Source: Candidatus Woesebacteria bacterium RIFCSPHIGHO2_01_FULL_39_32
Lineage (GTDB): Bacteria; Patescibacteriota; Microgenomatia; UBA8517
Assembly: GCA_001792345.1 (NCBI GenBank)
Contig: MGGJ01000013.1
Coordinates: forward strand, 85,371-149,370
Direction of reading: 5' to 3'
DNA: 64,000 nt
This document shows positions 1 to 9,947 of the stretch, one piece after another. Each line of letters opens with the position of its first letter. The stretch's first letter is position 1. A program made the position numbers and the translations under genes. The notes under the pieces are model-generated. The model was not told the origin of the DNA and searched no databases. It saw nothing but the letters and a program-made list of their open reading frames with translations.

Positions 1-95
1 TCACAGACCACAGAATCGGCAAAAGCTGGGGAAATCTGGAATCGATAGTTGACGGAAATTTAGATAAAGTTATTGAGGCAACCAAGAATTTATAA
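1..95 (+). CDS. prfA: peptide chain release factor 1, C-terminal end (partial)
   Basis: Frame from nt 3 reads TDHRIGKSWGNLESIVDGNLDKVIEATKNL*, matching the TDHRI...GxLD C-terminus of class I release factors. Confidence 0.8.
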   Translation, partial: TDHRIGKSWGNLESIVDGNLDKVIEATKNL

Positions 96-118
96 TGGAT
101 ATCTTTCAATATCAATTC

Positions 119-1099
119 CTATTCAATAAAGATAGTATCACCGTAACTCACAGGTACTTCATCACCCAGTAAATCAAAATCGGTAAATTTTGAAGGGGGT
201 CTTTGAAATCCCCGAACTTGCCCTTCCACAGCAAAACTTCCATCGTCAGAGAATAGTTTTTTAACTCTCTCAGAAATTCGCTCAGCCGGTAAATCAGGAA
301 TTACACGCAAATTTTGTCTAACCAAATAATAATAGATTTCTTCTAAACTTACTTCAGGCATGAGTTCTTGTACCGCTTCTGTTGTGCTTAGTATATGAAA
401 GGGATGACGAATTGTTCTATCCAAATCTTGTCCTCCCCTTACCAGTTTTTGCGAAAGGTATGGGTCCTTTTCGTGTACAAAAAAATATTTAACACCTGCC
501 ATAATAAATAACTCATTGTAGTGGTCGTTATCTGGTAAACCAGAAAGATTGCTCGGTAATACGGCAAGATGAGTGACTGTCGGTTCATAAAACCACATAG
601 AAAGCCTTAATTGCAAGGGAAGAAATGGCGCTTTGCGGGCCTTCCTTTGCATATATTCATCTTGTTCAAATCCCCAAACCGTCACAGGAACCACGCTTGC
701 CATATATTTCGCAGCGTGGATATGCCCTTTATGGCCTTCTGCCCCAGCAACAAATATCATTCCTGTATTTTCATCTTTATATCTACTTTCCAGTAAACGT
801 GATAAATCCTCAAATTTAACTAACTTATCTCCAGAAAACATCAGCCCAGTGTCTGATTCGTAAGGAAACGCGATTAGTAAATCCTTCCAATAGCCAAACC
901 ATTCTGGTGCGAGAACCTTTCTCCTTTCAAGATTTGGGCCAGGATGACTAACTAATAACTGCTCGGCCTCCTTCAGGGCAGCAAGTATATTTTGAGGCGC
1001 AAATACAACCCTTTTATCAAGCATTTCTTGCCAATCAACACTTGGCAATGCATCGGAATCAAAGCTATGAAAGTATTGTTCGGTTCTCTCCGCTCCCAT
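119..1099 (-). CDS. HxGH-motif nucleotidyltransferase-like protein (cytidylyltransferase fold) with long N-terminal extension
   Basis: AEGHKGHI (HxGH) motif, PFLPLQLR segment and late LSTT motif typical of TagD/RfaE-type cytidylyltransferases. Confidence 0.55.
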   Translation of the reverse strand: MGAERTEQYFHSFDSDALPSVDWQEMLDKRVVFAPQNILAALKEAEQLLVSHPGPNLERRKVLAPEWFGYWKDLLIAFPYESDTGLMFSGDKLVKFEDLSRLLESRYKDENTGMIFVAGAEGHKGHIHAAKYMASVVPVTVWGFEQDEYMQRKARKAPFLPLQLRLSMWFYEPTVTHLAVLPSNLSGLPDNDHYNELFIMAGVKYFFVHEKDPYLSQKLVRGGQDLDRTIRHPFHILSTTEAVQELMPEVSLEEIYYYLVRQNLRVIPDLPAERISERVKKLFSDDGSFAVEGQVRGFQRPPSKFTDFDLLGDEVPVSYGDTIFIE

Positions 1100-1153
1100 T
1101 TGCAGCGATTATATCACTTGTAATAAGTGTTAAAGAATGTTATTTTGGCGGAA

Positions 1154-2005
1154 ATGTTAGAACATGGTCTTTTTTATCATGAGGAAGAAACGAAAATAGC
1201 GCTTAGAAAGTTAGAAGTATCGTCAGAAATATTACCCAGTGAGCTACCTCAGATTAATGAGATAATTTGGCCGAGAGAATCTTTAAGAATTGATGAAAAT
1301 TTATCGATAGTTGGATTAAATGGCCCTCCAAGTGCAGGAAAAACCACCGTTTTTACTCGAAGTTATAATGAAATGGCAGATAAAATACAAATACCCGTCA
1401 GTGTGACTGGCACTCCGACCCCATGGATCTACCATCTTGGAAGATATGCAAGTAAGTTTAAAAATAACCTTCAGGGTGATCCAACAATAAGATATAGTTT
1501 CTTTGAACAGCATATGTGGCAACTTTATGCCTTAAAATCTGAATATGAAACGTATGCAGAAGTATGTGCTGGTAAGGAAATGTCAACTCCGATATTAGTT
1601 GAGAGAAACGAGCTCGATATACTAGTATTTTCAAGAGCAAATTATTTACATGGAGGACGGCTACATCGATTCTCGCAGGATATAATTGAATACACTGTCG
1701 AAGAAATTATGCAACCAGACTGGCCACGTTTAAAACCTTTTTATAAAGCCTACATTTTCTGTTTAATTCCACCCAAAGAATCCCTCGATAGGGACGAGGA
1801 ACAGGAGAATCCATCGAGAACCGTACTAACTCTCCCCTTTCTTAATACACTGTACGAACAATATTTACGAATACACTTACAGGCAATCTCTGGAGATATT
1901 CCACATCCATATGCTTGTTTAGATTTTACTAAGACACCAGATGAAAATTATAGACTATTAACCGATACCCTTAATACAATGCATGATTATTTTTCAAAAG
2001 TTTAA
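1154..2005 (+). CDS. P-loop nucleoside/nucleotide kinase-like protein (dNK/TMK-like)
   Basis: Walker A GPPSAGKT and ILVERNELD motif; ATG at 1154 preferred over GTG at 1127. Confidence 0.55.
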   Translation: MLEHGLFYHEEETKIALRKLEVSSEILPSELPQINEIIWPRESLRIDENLSIVGLNGPPSAGKTTVFTRSYNEMADKIQIPVSVTGTPTPWIYHLGRYASKFKNNLQGDPTIRYSFFEQHMWQLYALKSEYETYAEVCAGKEMSTPILVERNELDILVFSRANYLHGGRLHRFSQDIIEYTVEEIMQPDWPRLKPFYKAYIFCLIPPKESLDRDEEQENPSRTVLTLPFLNTLYEQYLRIHLQAISGDIPHPYACLDFTKTPDENYRLLTDTLNTMHDYFSKV

Positions 2006-2147
2006 GAGTAAATTTAAAGACAAACTGAGAAGATTAACCAACACCGGGTGTTAAGTAGGTTTGAACAATGGGTATTCTGGCTTACTCGCTAAATTCACTC
2101 AAAGTGGCTGTTAATTGAAGAGTTTCTCTTTCGCGCAAAATTATTAA

Positions 2148-2423
2148 TTAACTTGCTGGGTGGTATTTGTCTACTCTACTTTTCAATTCATTAAATTCTC
2201 TTTTAGATGGAGTGTCGGATAATTCAGCAGTTAAACCTTTAATATCATCTCTAACAAATCCCAATTCCGTTTTAAATTCGCTTCTAAGTTCCGACTTTGC
2301 ATTTTTTATTTCGCCCCGAAGATTCTCCCCTGTCTGACCAATCAGTTTATCCATTCCTTTAAGAATAGCCTTGACGGCCTGGTCTAACATACTTTTTCTA
2401 ACAAGCGGGTCTTTCTTGTTCAT
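2148..2423 (-). CDS. small coiled-coil hypothetical protein
   Basis: 91-aa ORF with heptad charged pattern, co-oriented with htrA. Confidence 0.6.
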   Translation of the reverse strand: MNKKDPLVRKSMLDQAVKAILKGMDKLIGQTGENLRGEIKNAKSELRSEFKTELGFVRDDIKGLTAELSDTPSKREFNELKSRVDKYHPAS

Positions 2424-2465
2424 ACGAAAAGGATAGTATGTGTAAGTTAATAAAACAAGAAGAAA

Positions 2466-3656
2466 TTATTCACTGAATTCTGAAAGTGTTGCTGTGAGTT
2501 GAAGGGTTTCACCGTCGCGCCAAACCTCGAGAGAGACCGTTTGGCCCGCTTTTTTCTTCGAGATTAAATCAGCCAAACCACCATTAGTGTCTCGAACATC
2601 TTCGCTGTCAAACTTAGTAATTATATCTCCCGCTACAATTCCTGCCTTTGCCGCCGGAGAATTTCCGACTACTTCAACTACATATGCTCCTTGAACAACT
2701 TTATTTAAAATTGCGGTTTCCTCATCAACCATTTGGTATTGAATACCAAGGAAAGGTTTTGAAGCAAACTTTCCTGTTTTTTCAAACTGGTCTAGCGCAT
2801 CTTTAACAAGATTAATTGGAATTGCAAAGCCGATATTCTCTGCTCCTTGGGCGACGGCCACGTTGACTCCTATTACCTGCCCCGCAGAATTTAGAAGCGG
2901 ACCGCCTGAATTTCCCGGGTTAATTGCCGCATCGGTTTGGATAACATCATCAAGCCGTTCAACAAAGCCCTCAAAAGCCGATCCTGCGGTTATTCCCCGC
3001 CCTAAACCAGAAATCACACCTGTTGTAACAGTTGAGCGAAATTCTCCGAGAGCAGTACCAATTGCAATAGCAAACTGCCCTACTTTCAATTTCCCGGAAT
3101 CCCCCATTTCAACAGGAATTAGTCCGCTTGCATCTATCTTTAGAACAGCTAGATCGTTTGAAGGATCACGACTAATTTTTTCGACCTCGTATTCTTTATT
3201 ATCTGAAGAAACTACCTTGTAAGAAGCCTCTGTATTGGATACTACGTGTTTATTTGTGATTATCAAACCATCTTCAGAAACAATAAATCCGGTTCCGATA
3301 TCCTGAGGTTCCCCTCCTTCAATGCGAGACCTAAATCCCCCACCGAATGGATTAAATTCCAAAATTCTTTTCTGGGGTTCCACTATTGCGATCGTAACAA
3401 CAGATGGCGAAACCCTATCGGCTACTTGCGTTACAACCGACTCTTCATTTAAAACTCTTTGTTCAATAGTACCGGTACGAAAACCTAATCCATTTTGTCG
3501 TTCAAGCAGAAAGTCCAATGGTTTAATTACAAAAAGTCTATCTGCTATTGCACCGCCAATTGCCGAAGCAGATAATACTACCGTAATGGCCGTAAAAATC
3601 AAAAGTCCTCTGATGCTAAGCTTTTTCCCTGATTCCGGCTTTTGCATTGGTTCCAT
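2466..3656 (-). CDS. htrA: HtrA/DegP-family serine protease with PDZ domain
   Basis: TNKHV, DLAVLK, QTDAAINPGNSGGPL catalytic motifs; N-terminal TM; C-terminal PDZ. Confidence 0.93.
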   Translation of the reverse strand: MEPMQKPESGKKLSIRGLLIFTAITVVLSASAIGGAIADRLFVIKPLDFLLERQNGLGFRTGTIEQRVLNEESVVTQVADRVSPSVVTIAIVEPQKRILEFNPFGGGFRSRIEGGEPQDIGTGFIVSEDGLIITNKHVVSNTEASYKVVSSDNKEYEVEKISRDPSNDLAVLKIDASGLIPVEMGDSGKLKVGQFAIAIGTALGEFRSTVTTGVISGLGRGITAGSAFEGFVERLDDVIQTDAAINPGNSGGPLLNSAGQVIGVNVAVAQGAENIGFAIPINLVKDALDQFEKTGKFASKPFLGIQYQMVDEETAILNKVVQGAYVVEVVGNSPAAKAGIVAGDIITKFDSEDVRDTNGGLADLISKKKAGQTVSLEVWRDGETLQLTATLSEFSE

Positions 3657-3696
3657 AATATTAACTTACGTTAAGTACCTAAGAAGTAACTGAGAA

Positions 3697-4935
3697 TTAG
3701 CTATTCATTTCTTCAATTGCCTTTTGTAATTGTTCGTCTTCCTCTGTATCCGAATTATCTTCAACTTCTATATCCGGTTTTAAACCACCATCGTTTACCC
3801 AAAATCCACCCGGAGTTAGCCAACGAGCAATTGTAACATGTAAACCCGCTCCTCCATCCACCGGAAGCGGTTCTTGAATCGTTCCCTTCCCAAAAGTAGT
3901 AGTCCCGATAAGTTTCGCTCTTTTATTATCTTTCAGAGCTCCTGCCAAAATCTCAGAAGCCGAGGCCGAACCCTCATTAATTAAAACAACCATCTTTTGT
4001 TTTCTGAGTCTTCCGATTTTTTCTACTCTATAAACATTTTCAAATTCATCTGCACCTTCTTCCTTAACAACAGTGTCACCATTTTCTAAAAAATCAGAGG
4101 CGATTTCGATCGCTTTATCCAAATATCCTCCTGGGTTATTTCTAACATCAAGTATAATTCCCTCTATATTTGGCTTTGTTACAAGTTCTACTAGAGCGTC
4201 CTCCCATTCAGCCGTTGTTTCTCCTGAAAACTTGATAACTTTAATATGAGCTAGTCGCCCGTTCTCGCTAATATAATCAACAACAATACTAGGAACATTT
4301 ATACTTTCTCTAACAATTTCCACTTCGTCCGCCTCTGACTGACCATCACGCAAAAGTAGTAAGCTAACCTTAGTCCCTGCTCTGCCTCGAATCGCCTCCA
4401 CTGCTTCGGGAACGGTTATACCTACCGTACCCATATCAATATTTTTGGTCTCGTCTTTAATGCCGATAATAAAATCTCCCGCTTGAACTCCAGCTTTTTC
4501 AGCAGGTGACTCAGGGAGTGGTGCGATAACAGCAAGTTGGCTTCCTTTAAACCCGATTTGTATCCCAATCCCCTCAAACGTTCCCTGCAAATCTTCCTGA
4601 ACTACTTTATTTTCCGCCGGAGGTAAGAAAACGGTGTAGGGGTCCCCGACTGCTGAAACCATACCTCTTATAGCCCCGTAAACCATCTCTGACGGAATTA
4701 TTTTATCAGGATCGTAGTACTTAGCGGAAAGCGTATCCCAAACTCTCCAAAAAAGAGCAAAGTCGATAGAATCCTTATCTTGCGGAACAACTCTATCGAT
4801 CGTAACATCGGGAAACTTTTGTACGCTCGCTCTAAATCCTTTATATCCGAAAAAATATCCTCCGGCAAAAGACACTGCAACAAGGAAACTTAGTAGTAAT
4901 ATTTTCCGAACTATAGAAAAATTAACTTTTAGCAT
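3697..4935 (-). CDS. ctpA: S41 carboxy-terminal processing protease
   Basis: DPYT, PDZ, LDVRNNPGG, SASASEI and TFGKG motifs. Confidence 0.92.
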   Translation of the reverse strand: MLKVNFSIVRKILLLSFLVAVSFAGGYFFGYKGFRASVQKFPDVTIDRVVPQDKDSIDFALFWRVWDTLSAKYYDPDKIIPSEMVYGAIRGMVSAVGDPYTVFLPPAENKVVQEDLQGTFEGIGIQIGFKGSQLAVIAPLPESPAEKAGVQAGDFIIGIKDETKNIDMGTVGITVPEAVEAIRGRAGTKVSLLLLRDGQSEADEVEIVRESINVPSIVVDYISENGRLAHIKVIKFSGETTAEWEDALVELVTKPNIEGIILDVRNNPGGYLDKAIEIASDFLENGDTVVKEEGADEFENVYRVEKIGRLRKQKMVVLINEGSASASEILAGALKDNKRAKLIGTTTFGKGTIQEPLPVDGGAGLHVTIARWLTPGGFWVNDGGLKPDIEVEDNSDTEEDEQLQKAIEEMNS

Positions 4936-4991
4936 AATTTAGGTAAGAACATCAACCATTGTACCACGCGGTGGTTTTCAAAAAATTGAAA

Positions 4992-5234
4992 TTACATCCC
5001 GGGGACAAATGGAAGCAAACCCAAGTAGCGAGCACGCTTAATCGCAGTTGAAAGTTTCTTTTGGTGTCGTGTACAGATACCCGTGCGGTCACGGCCAAGA
5101 ATTTTGGCCCTATCTGAGAGATATTTTTCGAGCGTTTTGTAGTCCTTGTAATCAGGATTTTTACCCATTTTACAGAAAGGGCAGTTTTCGGGGGTTTTAA
5201 ATCTTGTGACTGGCGGCGCTTTTCTTTTCGGCAT
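4992..5234 (-). CDS. rpsR: 30S ribosomal protein S18
   Basis: CPFC...DYKD...AIKRARYLGLLPF; rpsF-ssb-rpsR order. Confidence 0.96.
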   Translation of the reverse strand: MPKRKAPPVTRFKTPENCPFCKMGKNPDYKDYKTLEKYLSDRAKILGRDRTGICTRHQKKLSTAIKRARYLGLLPFVPGM

Positions 5235-5242
5235 ACAAATTC

Positions 5243-5800
5243 CTAGAAGGGAATGTCTTCATCTGTAGCAGCTTCCTCATCAATTTTTTTCTCTTTTTCT
5301 CCATTTTCGCCAGAAGTCTTCGTACTGGCTTTTTTAGAAGTAGGTTTGGTCCCTTCTTTTGGCTTAGATTCTTTTGCTTCAACTCCGCTGGTTTCAACGG
5401 GAGGCTGCTCGGCGATCGCATCCTCGGGTACATTAAACTCGTCTGTGCTAACCACCGCTGCAGCTCCTCGAGAATCAAGAATAATCATATCGTTGATTAC
5501 GATTTCAGTTGTGGTTCTATCCTGCCCGTCTTGTCCTGTCCAGCGGCGTGTCTGAAGTCGTCCCTCTACATAAACCTTTCTTCCCTTAGTTAAAAGCTGT
5601 GCGCACAATTCAGCTAATTTATTCCAGGCAACAATTCTGTGAAATTCTGCGTCTTCCTTTTTCTCACCTGAATCGGTAGTCCATTGTCGATTAGTGGCTA
5701 AACCCAAAGTGCAGACCGCCGTCCCAGCCGGTGTATAGCGAAGCTCAGGATCCCGTGTAAGATTTCCGATTAATTCAACTTTATTTAGACTCCTTGCCAT
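5243..5800 (-). CDS. ssb: single-stranded DNA-binding protein
   Basis: MARSLNKVELIGNLTRDPELRYT; acidic tail DEDIPF; start set to ATG 5800. Confidence 0.97.
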   Translation of the reverse strand: MARSLNKVELIGNLTRDPELRYTPAGTAVCTLGLATNRQWTTDSGEKKEDAEFHRIVAWNKLAELCAQLLTKGRKVYVEGRLQTRRWTGQDGQDRTTTEIVINDMIILDSRGAAAVVSTDEFNVPEDAIAEQPPVETSGVEAKESKPKEGTKPTSKKASTKTSGENGEKEKKIDEEAATDEDIPF

Positions 5801-5861
5801 ATTCACGCTCTCGCTCAAAATCCCAAGCCCAAATTTCAAATATCAAATAATTTGGATTTTG

Positions 5862-6155
5862 TTATTTGGATTTTGGATTTTTAACAATAAGATACCTAAT
5901 TATATCACTTTCGAGATGTAATTTATCTTTAAGATTCATAGCTGCCATTCCGTTTAATTCTAGATTAAAGTGAATAAATAAACCAGAATCTTCTTTGCCA
6001 ATTTTATAAGCCAAATCTAACTTTCCCCATTCCTCAGTCTTTTTAATCTTTCCCTCAAGGCTCTTAAGAAGTTTATCTAATTTTTCATTAATCGATTTCT
6101 TCTTCGCGCTAGATGCTCCCCCCGGCAAAACCACAGTTAATTCATAATCGTTCAT
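5862..6155 (-). CDS. rpsF: 30S ribosomal protein S6
   Basis: YEL...WGKLDLAYKI...IIRYLI pattern and operon context. Confidence 0.93.
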   Translation of the reverse strand: MNDYELTVVLPGGASSAKKKSINEKLDKLLKSLEGKIKKTEEWGKLDLAYKIGKEDSGLFIHFNLELNGMAAMNLKDKLHLESDIIRYLIVKNPKSK

Positions 6156-6189
6156 ACGAGGCTAAGTATACCTGTCCCGCTCTGCGGGA

Positions 6190-7161
6190 TCAACTCCCAA
6201 CTTTGAACTCAATAACATCTCCGTCTTGGACTATATAATCCCTTCCCTCTAATTTTACCAATCCCTTCTCCCTTGCCAGTGTCCATATATCGTGATGAGT
6301 TTCTCCTACCTGTCTACCAAGTTCCAGTAGCCGATGCACCAAAATCTCTTCTGCTTTAATAAATCCCTTTGCAAAATCTGTATGTACTTTTTCCGCCGCC
6401 TCAATTGCACTTGCTCCCCTTTTTAAACTCCATGCGTGAACTTCTTTTCCCCCCTTAATAGTATAAAAAGTAATTAAATCAAGCATCGAATATGCTGTTT
6501 TTATAAGTTTTTCCAGACCGGTTTCGGAAACCCCCGCTTGAGAGAGATACTGCCTTCTCTCATCTTCATTAAAGTCGATAAGATCTTCCTCAATTTTTGC
6601 AGAAATTGCTATTGTAGCTATTTTGAACTTTTCTGTAACCGCTATAATTTTTTCTTTTGTATCAAGCGAGTTGATGTCATCCTCTCCGACATTCAAAACA
6701 ATTACACTTGGTTTATCCTTAATTCCACCCAACTCGAGTTCAATGTTGACAATCTCGATATCATCGTAAATTTGCTCCTGTGATCCCGTTTCGTATTTTT
6801 CGTTTTGACTAACAACCGAAGGGTCATAAAAAGCTCTGACAACATGTACAATTGCATCTACTTCGCGGATTTTGGCCAAAAATTGATTTCCTAATCCTTC
6901 GCCTTTATGGGCTCCAGCAACCAACCCTGCGATATCTATAAAAGTCACAGTTGCAGGAATAGTTTTTTCAGGTTTAACCAATTCTGCTAATTTTTCTAAA
7001 TCACTATCTCGCACGGGGACCACTGCTTCGTGCGGCTCTATGGTCGTAAACGGTCTTGGTGCAGTTTCGGCTAAGCGCCTTGATGCAAGCGCATTAAAAA
7101 GTGTTGACTTCCCCACATTCGGAAGACCCACTATCCCGACTGCTAGTTTCGAACTTGACAT
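6190..7161 (-). CDS. ychF: Obg-family ATPase YchF (N-terminus supplied by the integrated island)
   Basis: GIVGLPNVGKSTLFN, PFTTIEP, DIAGLV, TGS domain ending DGDVIEF; ATG 7161 preceded by AAAGGAGG. Confidence 0.95.
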   Translation of the reverse strand: MSSSKLAVGIVGLPNVGKSTLFNALASRRLAETAPRPFTTIEPHEAVVPVRDSDLEKLAELVKPEKTIPATVTFIDIAGLVAGAHKGEGLGNQFLAKIREVDAIVHVVRAFYDPSVVSQNEKYETGSQEQIYDDIEIVNIELELGGIKDKPSVIVLNVGEDDINSLDTKEKIIAVTEKFKIATIAISAKIEEDLIDFNEDERRQYLSQAGVSETGLEKLIKTAYSMLDLITFYTIKGGKEVHAWSLKRGASAIEAAEKVHTDFAKGFIKAEEILVHRLLELGRQVGETHHDIWTLAREKGLVKLEGRDYIVQDGDVIEFKVGS

Positions 7162-7846
7162 CTTGGATTCCTCCTTTCCATACATTTGCAATTATACTCG
7201 AATTTAAGGCTAAATGCCCATATACTTTTATGTCGTGTTGCGTTCCTACTATCGTGTCTACCACCTTTCGGACAATAGACTGTTTAGCCTCAAACCCCAT
7301 ATCACCAATAACCTTATAGGCTATTTTACAGAATTCATCAATTTCTTTGTCTTCTGGATAGTTATTAACCTCTACTATAGTTTCTCTTTGCATTGAGAAA
7401 ATTTGTTGTTCAATCAACTTTTTTTGTTTCTTTAAATCCTTTGTTGACTCCTTCAACTGATCAGAATCTATCATTTCAGCTCCATAAGCCTTGATGTATC
7501 TTTGTTCTTCCTTTTTGATTCTAGTTAGCTCACTTTTTAATTCTTCAATTGATTTATCGGTTTGTTTCACTTCCTCCTTTTGTTCACCCATCCACCGCCT
7601 TACCTGAGCTTTAAGAACTTTAGGATTAGTCATGTAGTTTGATATGCCATCCCAAACCAGTTTATCTGCAATGCGGGCATTTATCCCCCTCTCATGGCAT
7701 TTACGAGGTAACGGGTGCATATAAACTCTATCTGTACATCGATAATATAAGTGTTTACCCTTCTGTGGCCCCTCACCAGTTCTTCTTCTACCACAGGAGC
7801 AGTAAATCTTTCCTGATGTCCCGATAGAAAATGTAAATTTATTCAA
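7094..7846 (-). pseudogene. large serine recombinase, C-terminal remnant (zinc ribbon + coiled coil); catalytic N-terminal domain missing
   Basis: SGKIYCSCG...YYRC...C zinc ribbon, coiled coil and KQSIVRKVVDTI segment; no YxRxS catalytic region upstream; 3' end overlaps the ychF start. Confidence 0.85.
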
Positions 7847-7933
7847 TAATTAACTATGCGAAACAAACAACTTTTTTACAAGAACTAACAGGTTACCTGA
7901 GACAAAGGAATAGAGTCGAAGATGACATAACTT

Positions 7934-8530
7934 TTATTTTTTTTCAAATTTATAGTTGAAGTGATCAATATCTTTTTTATAAAGTTTTTGAACTAGTAAG
8001 CGTGTTTTTCGGTCATAGTATTTTGAATAATGGTTTCTTTCAAGCATATTAATGTGTGCGAGTTCTTTATACGTTACATGCAAAATCCCACAAATTTTGT
8101 CAAAGTCATTTTGGATACTTTCAAATCGTCCAACAAAATCTAATATAACTTTTTCACCATCAGAAATCTGATCAAATTGTTGCTGGATAGCAAGATGAAA
8201 AACTGGAGTTTTTATCGGTCCGACTTTAGATTGTCTATATGTTTCTATAAACTCTAACCATTCCTTAAAAGTTTTATTTTTAGCATCCCAACCCCAATGT
8301 TTACTCTTTCTCCATAAGTAGTACGATATCATGCGATCATAAGGATTTCTCACAAATGTAAACTTAAAGTAATTTTCCCAAACACTTTCTCCGACAATTG
8401 TCCTAATGGCAACAGCAGTTTTGTGTTTTTCACCCGGAGGTACTTCGTCTTTTGAAAACACATCCTCTATACTAGTTCCTCCAGTTCTACTAATATGAAC
8501 AAATATAAATTTGTATTTGTGGGAAATCAT
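7934..8530 (-). CDS. sulfotransferase family 2 protein
   Basis: FVHISRTGGTSI (5'-PSB) and FVRNPYDRMISYY (3'-PB) motifs, GRFE. Confidence 0.88.
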   Translation of the reverse strand: MISHKYKFIFVHISRTGGTSIEDVFSKDEVPPGEKHKTAVAIRTIVGESVWENYFKFTFVRNPYDRMISYYLWRKSKHWGWDAKNKTFKEWLEFIETYRQSKVGPIKTPVFHLAIQQQFDQISDGEKVILDFVGRFESIQNDFDKICGILHVTYKELAHINMLERNHYSKYYDRKTRLLVQKLYKKDIDHFNYKFEKK

Positions 8531-8553
8531 AAGTAATTTTAAGGAAATATTGT

Positions 8554-9183
8554 TTATGTCTCTTGAAATTGATAATTAAAGCATTCAATCTCCTTTATAA
8601 ATAATTCCCTCACTATTTTTCTAGTTTTCTTATTGTAATATTTAGAATAATGCCTTCTATTTTTTCTATGCTTAGATTTTAGTCTAGGCAACTTTGCATT
8701 CGGTATCCCCAGATGGTCACAAACTTGCTTATAGTCTCTATATAAGTTTTCATATCTTATATAATAATCGCAAATTAGTTTTCCCTGAGCATTAAAATAA
8801 AAACGTGTATTTGTCCATTTTTGTTCAAAATTTTCAATAAAGTAGTTAAAAACCAAATCTGGTTCAGTACGATATTTCTCCCAATGATATCGAGAAACAA
8901 CCTGGTCCCAAGGATTTCGTATAACTGTAAACTTATAATAATTATTCCATGTATCGTTCCTAATTTTCTTCTTTATTTCGCTTGGAGGAAGGTGATTATA
9001 ATAACCATCAAAATTCCTCGCCAGATGTTCGTATCGATCATCATCTGAACTTTCAGAATATTCTGTAATAGGTGTAATTATGTCCTCTTTGCCACAACTC
9101 TCAGCTAGAGCGACCTCCAAACTCGTTCCCGCCACCTTTGTCGGTTTAATAAAAATATATTTATGTTTATGCGAAATAATCAT
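8554..9183 (-). CDS. sulfotransferase family 2 protein
   Basis: IFIKPTKVAGTSLE and VIRNPWDQVVSRY motifs, IRYENL; paralog of neighbour. Confidence 0.88.
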   Translation of the reverse strand: MIISHKHKYIFIKPTKVAGTSLEVALAESCGKEDIITPITEYSESSDDDRYEHLARNFDGYYNHLPPSEIKKKIRNDTWNNYYKFTVIRNPWDQVVSRYHWEKYRTEPDLVFNYFIENFEQKWTNTRFYFNAQGKLICDYYIRYENLYRDYKQVCDHLGIPNAKLPRLKSKHRKNRRHYSKYYNKKTRKIVRELFIKEIECFNYQFQET

Positions 9184-9311
9184 AGTTAATTTGATTGCTC
9201 ATCGTTTATATTCTACGTGATTTATGTTTATATACCATTCAATTACAATTTTAAAAAATTACACGATATTTTACCACTTCAGAACTCTAGTTTATAATTT
9301 CATTATTAACA

Positions 9312-9947
9312 GTGATAAAGAAGCAACAAGAAATAAAAGCAATCATCTTTGATGTGGGTGGAGTAATTCTTGATCTTAATAAAAAGAAAACACTAAGAAT
9401 CCCAGAGTCAATATCTACAATATATGGCATTTCTATCGAGGAGGCTCGCAAAATCTGGGTCACTTATGATCGGAGAAGCCTACTGACTGGTGCTGAAACA
9501 CCCAAAACCTTTCTACGAAATATCTCACGAGCCATTGATACCAGTAAAACTCCAGAGACTCTTTACGAGGAATGGACTAAACTTAGTCTAAAAGAAGAGA
9601 ATTGTATTGATTGGAAGCTATTAGATTTTATCAAAAATTTAAGAGAGAAATACAAAATCTATGTTATGAGCAACGCAGTAAATATTGCCCAAGAAGACAA
9701 GTTAACACGGACGATTAAATCGATGTTTGACAAGTATTTTGTTTCCTATGAAGAGGGATTTAGAAAACCTGAGAAAGAGGCGTTTCTTAATGTTCTTAAA
9801 AAAATCGACTGCAATCCCGAAAATTGTATTTTCGTGGATGACACTTTAATAAACATCAATACAGCGAAAGAAATGAAAATCAACTCAATAATTTACAAGA
9901 GTCTGGAACAGCTTAAAAAAGATATTAAAGAAATAGTTGATAAATAA
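9312..9947 (+). CDS. HAD-superfamily phosphatase
   Basis: FDVGGV motif I, SN motif II, KP and FVDD motifs. Confidence 0.9.
   Translation: MIKKQQEIKAIIFDVGGVILDLNKKKTLRIPESISTIYGISIEEARKIWVTYDRRSLLTGAETPKTFLRNISRAIDTSKTPETLYEEWTKLSLKEENCIDWKLLDFIKNLREKYKIYVMSNAVNIAQEDKLTRTIKSMFDKYFVSYEEGFRKPEKEAFLNVLKKIDCNPENCIFVDDTLININTAKEMKINSIIYKSLEQLKKDIKEIVDK

Noticed and set aside
5197-5555. Alternative-frame ORFs over ssb, and similar shadow ORFs throughout the window
   Set aside because: They overlap well-supported genes and show no motifs
7094-7846. Functional integrase
   Set aside because: No catalytic serine domain was found upstream or elsewhere in the island; recognisable similarity begins only near SGKIYC
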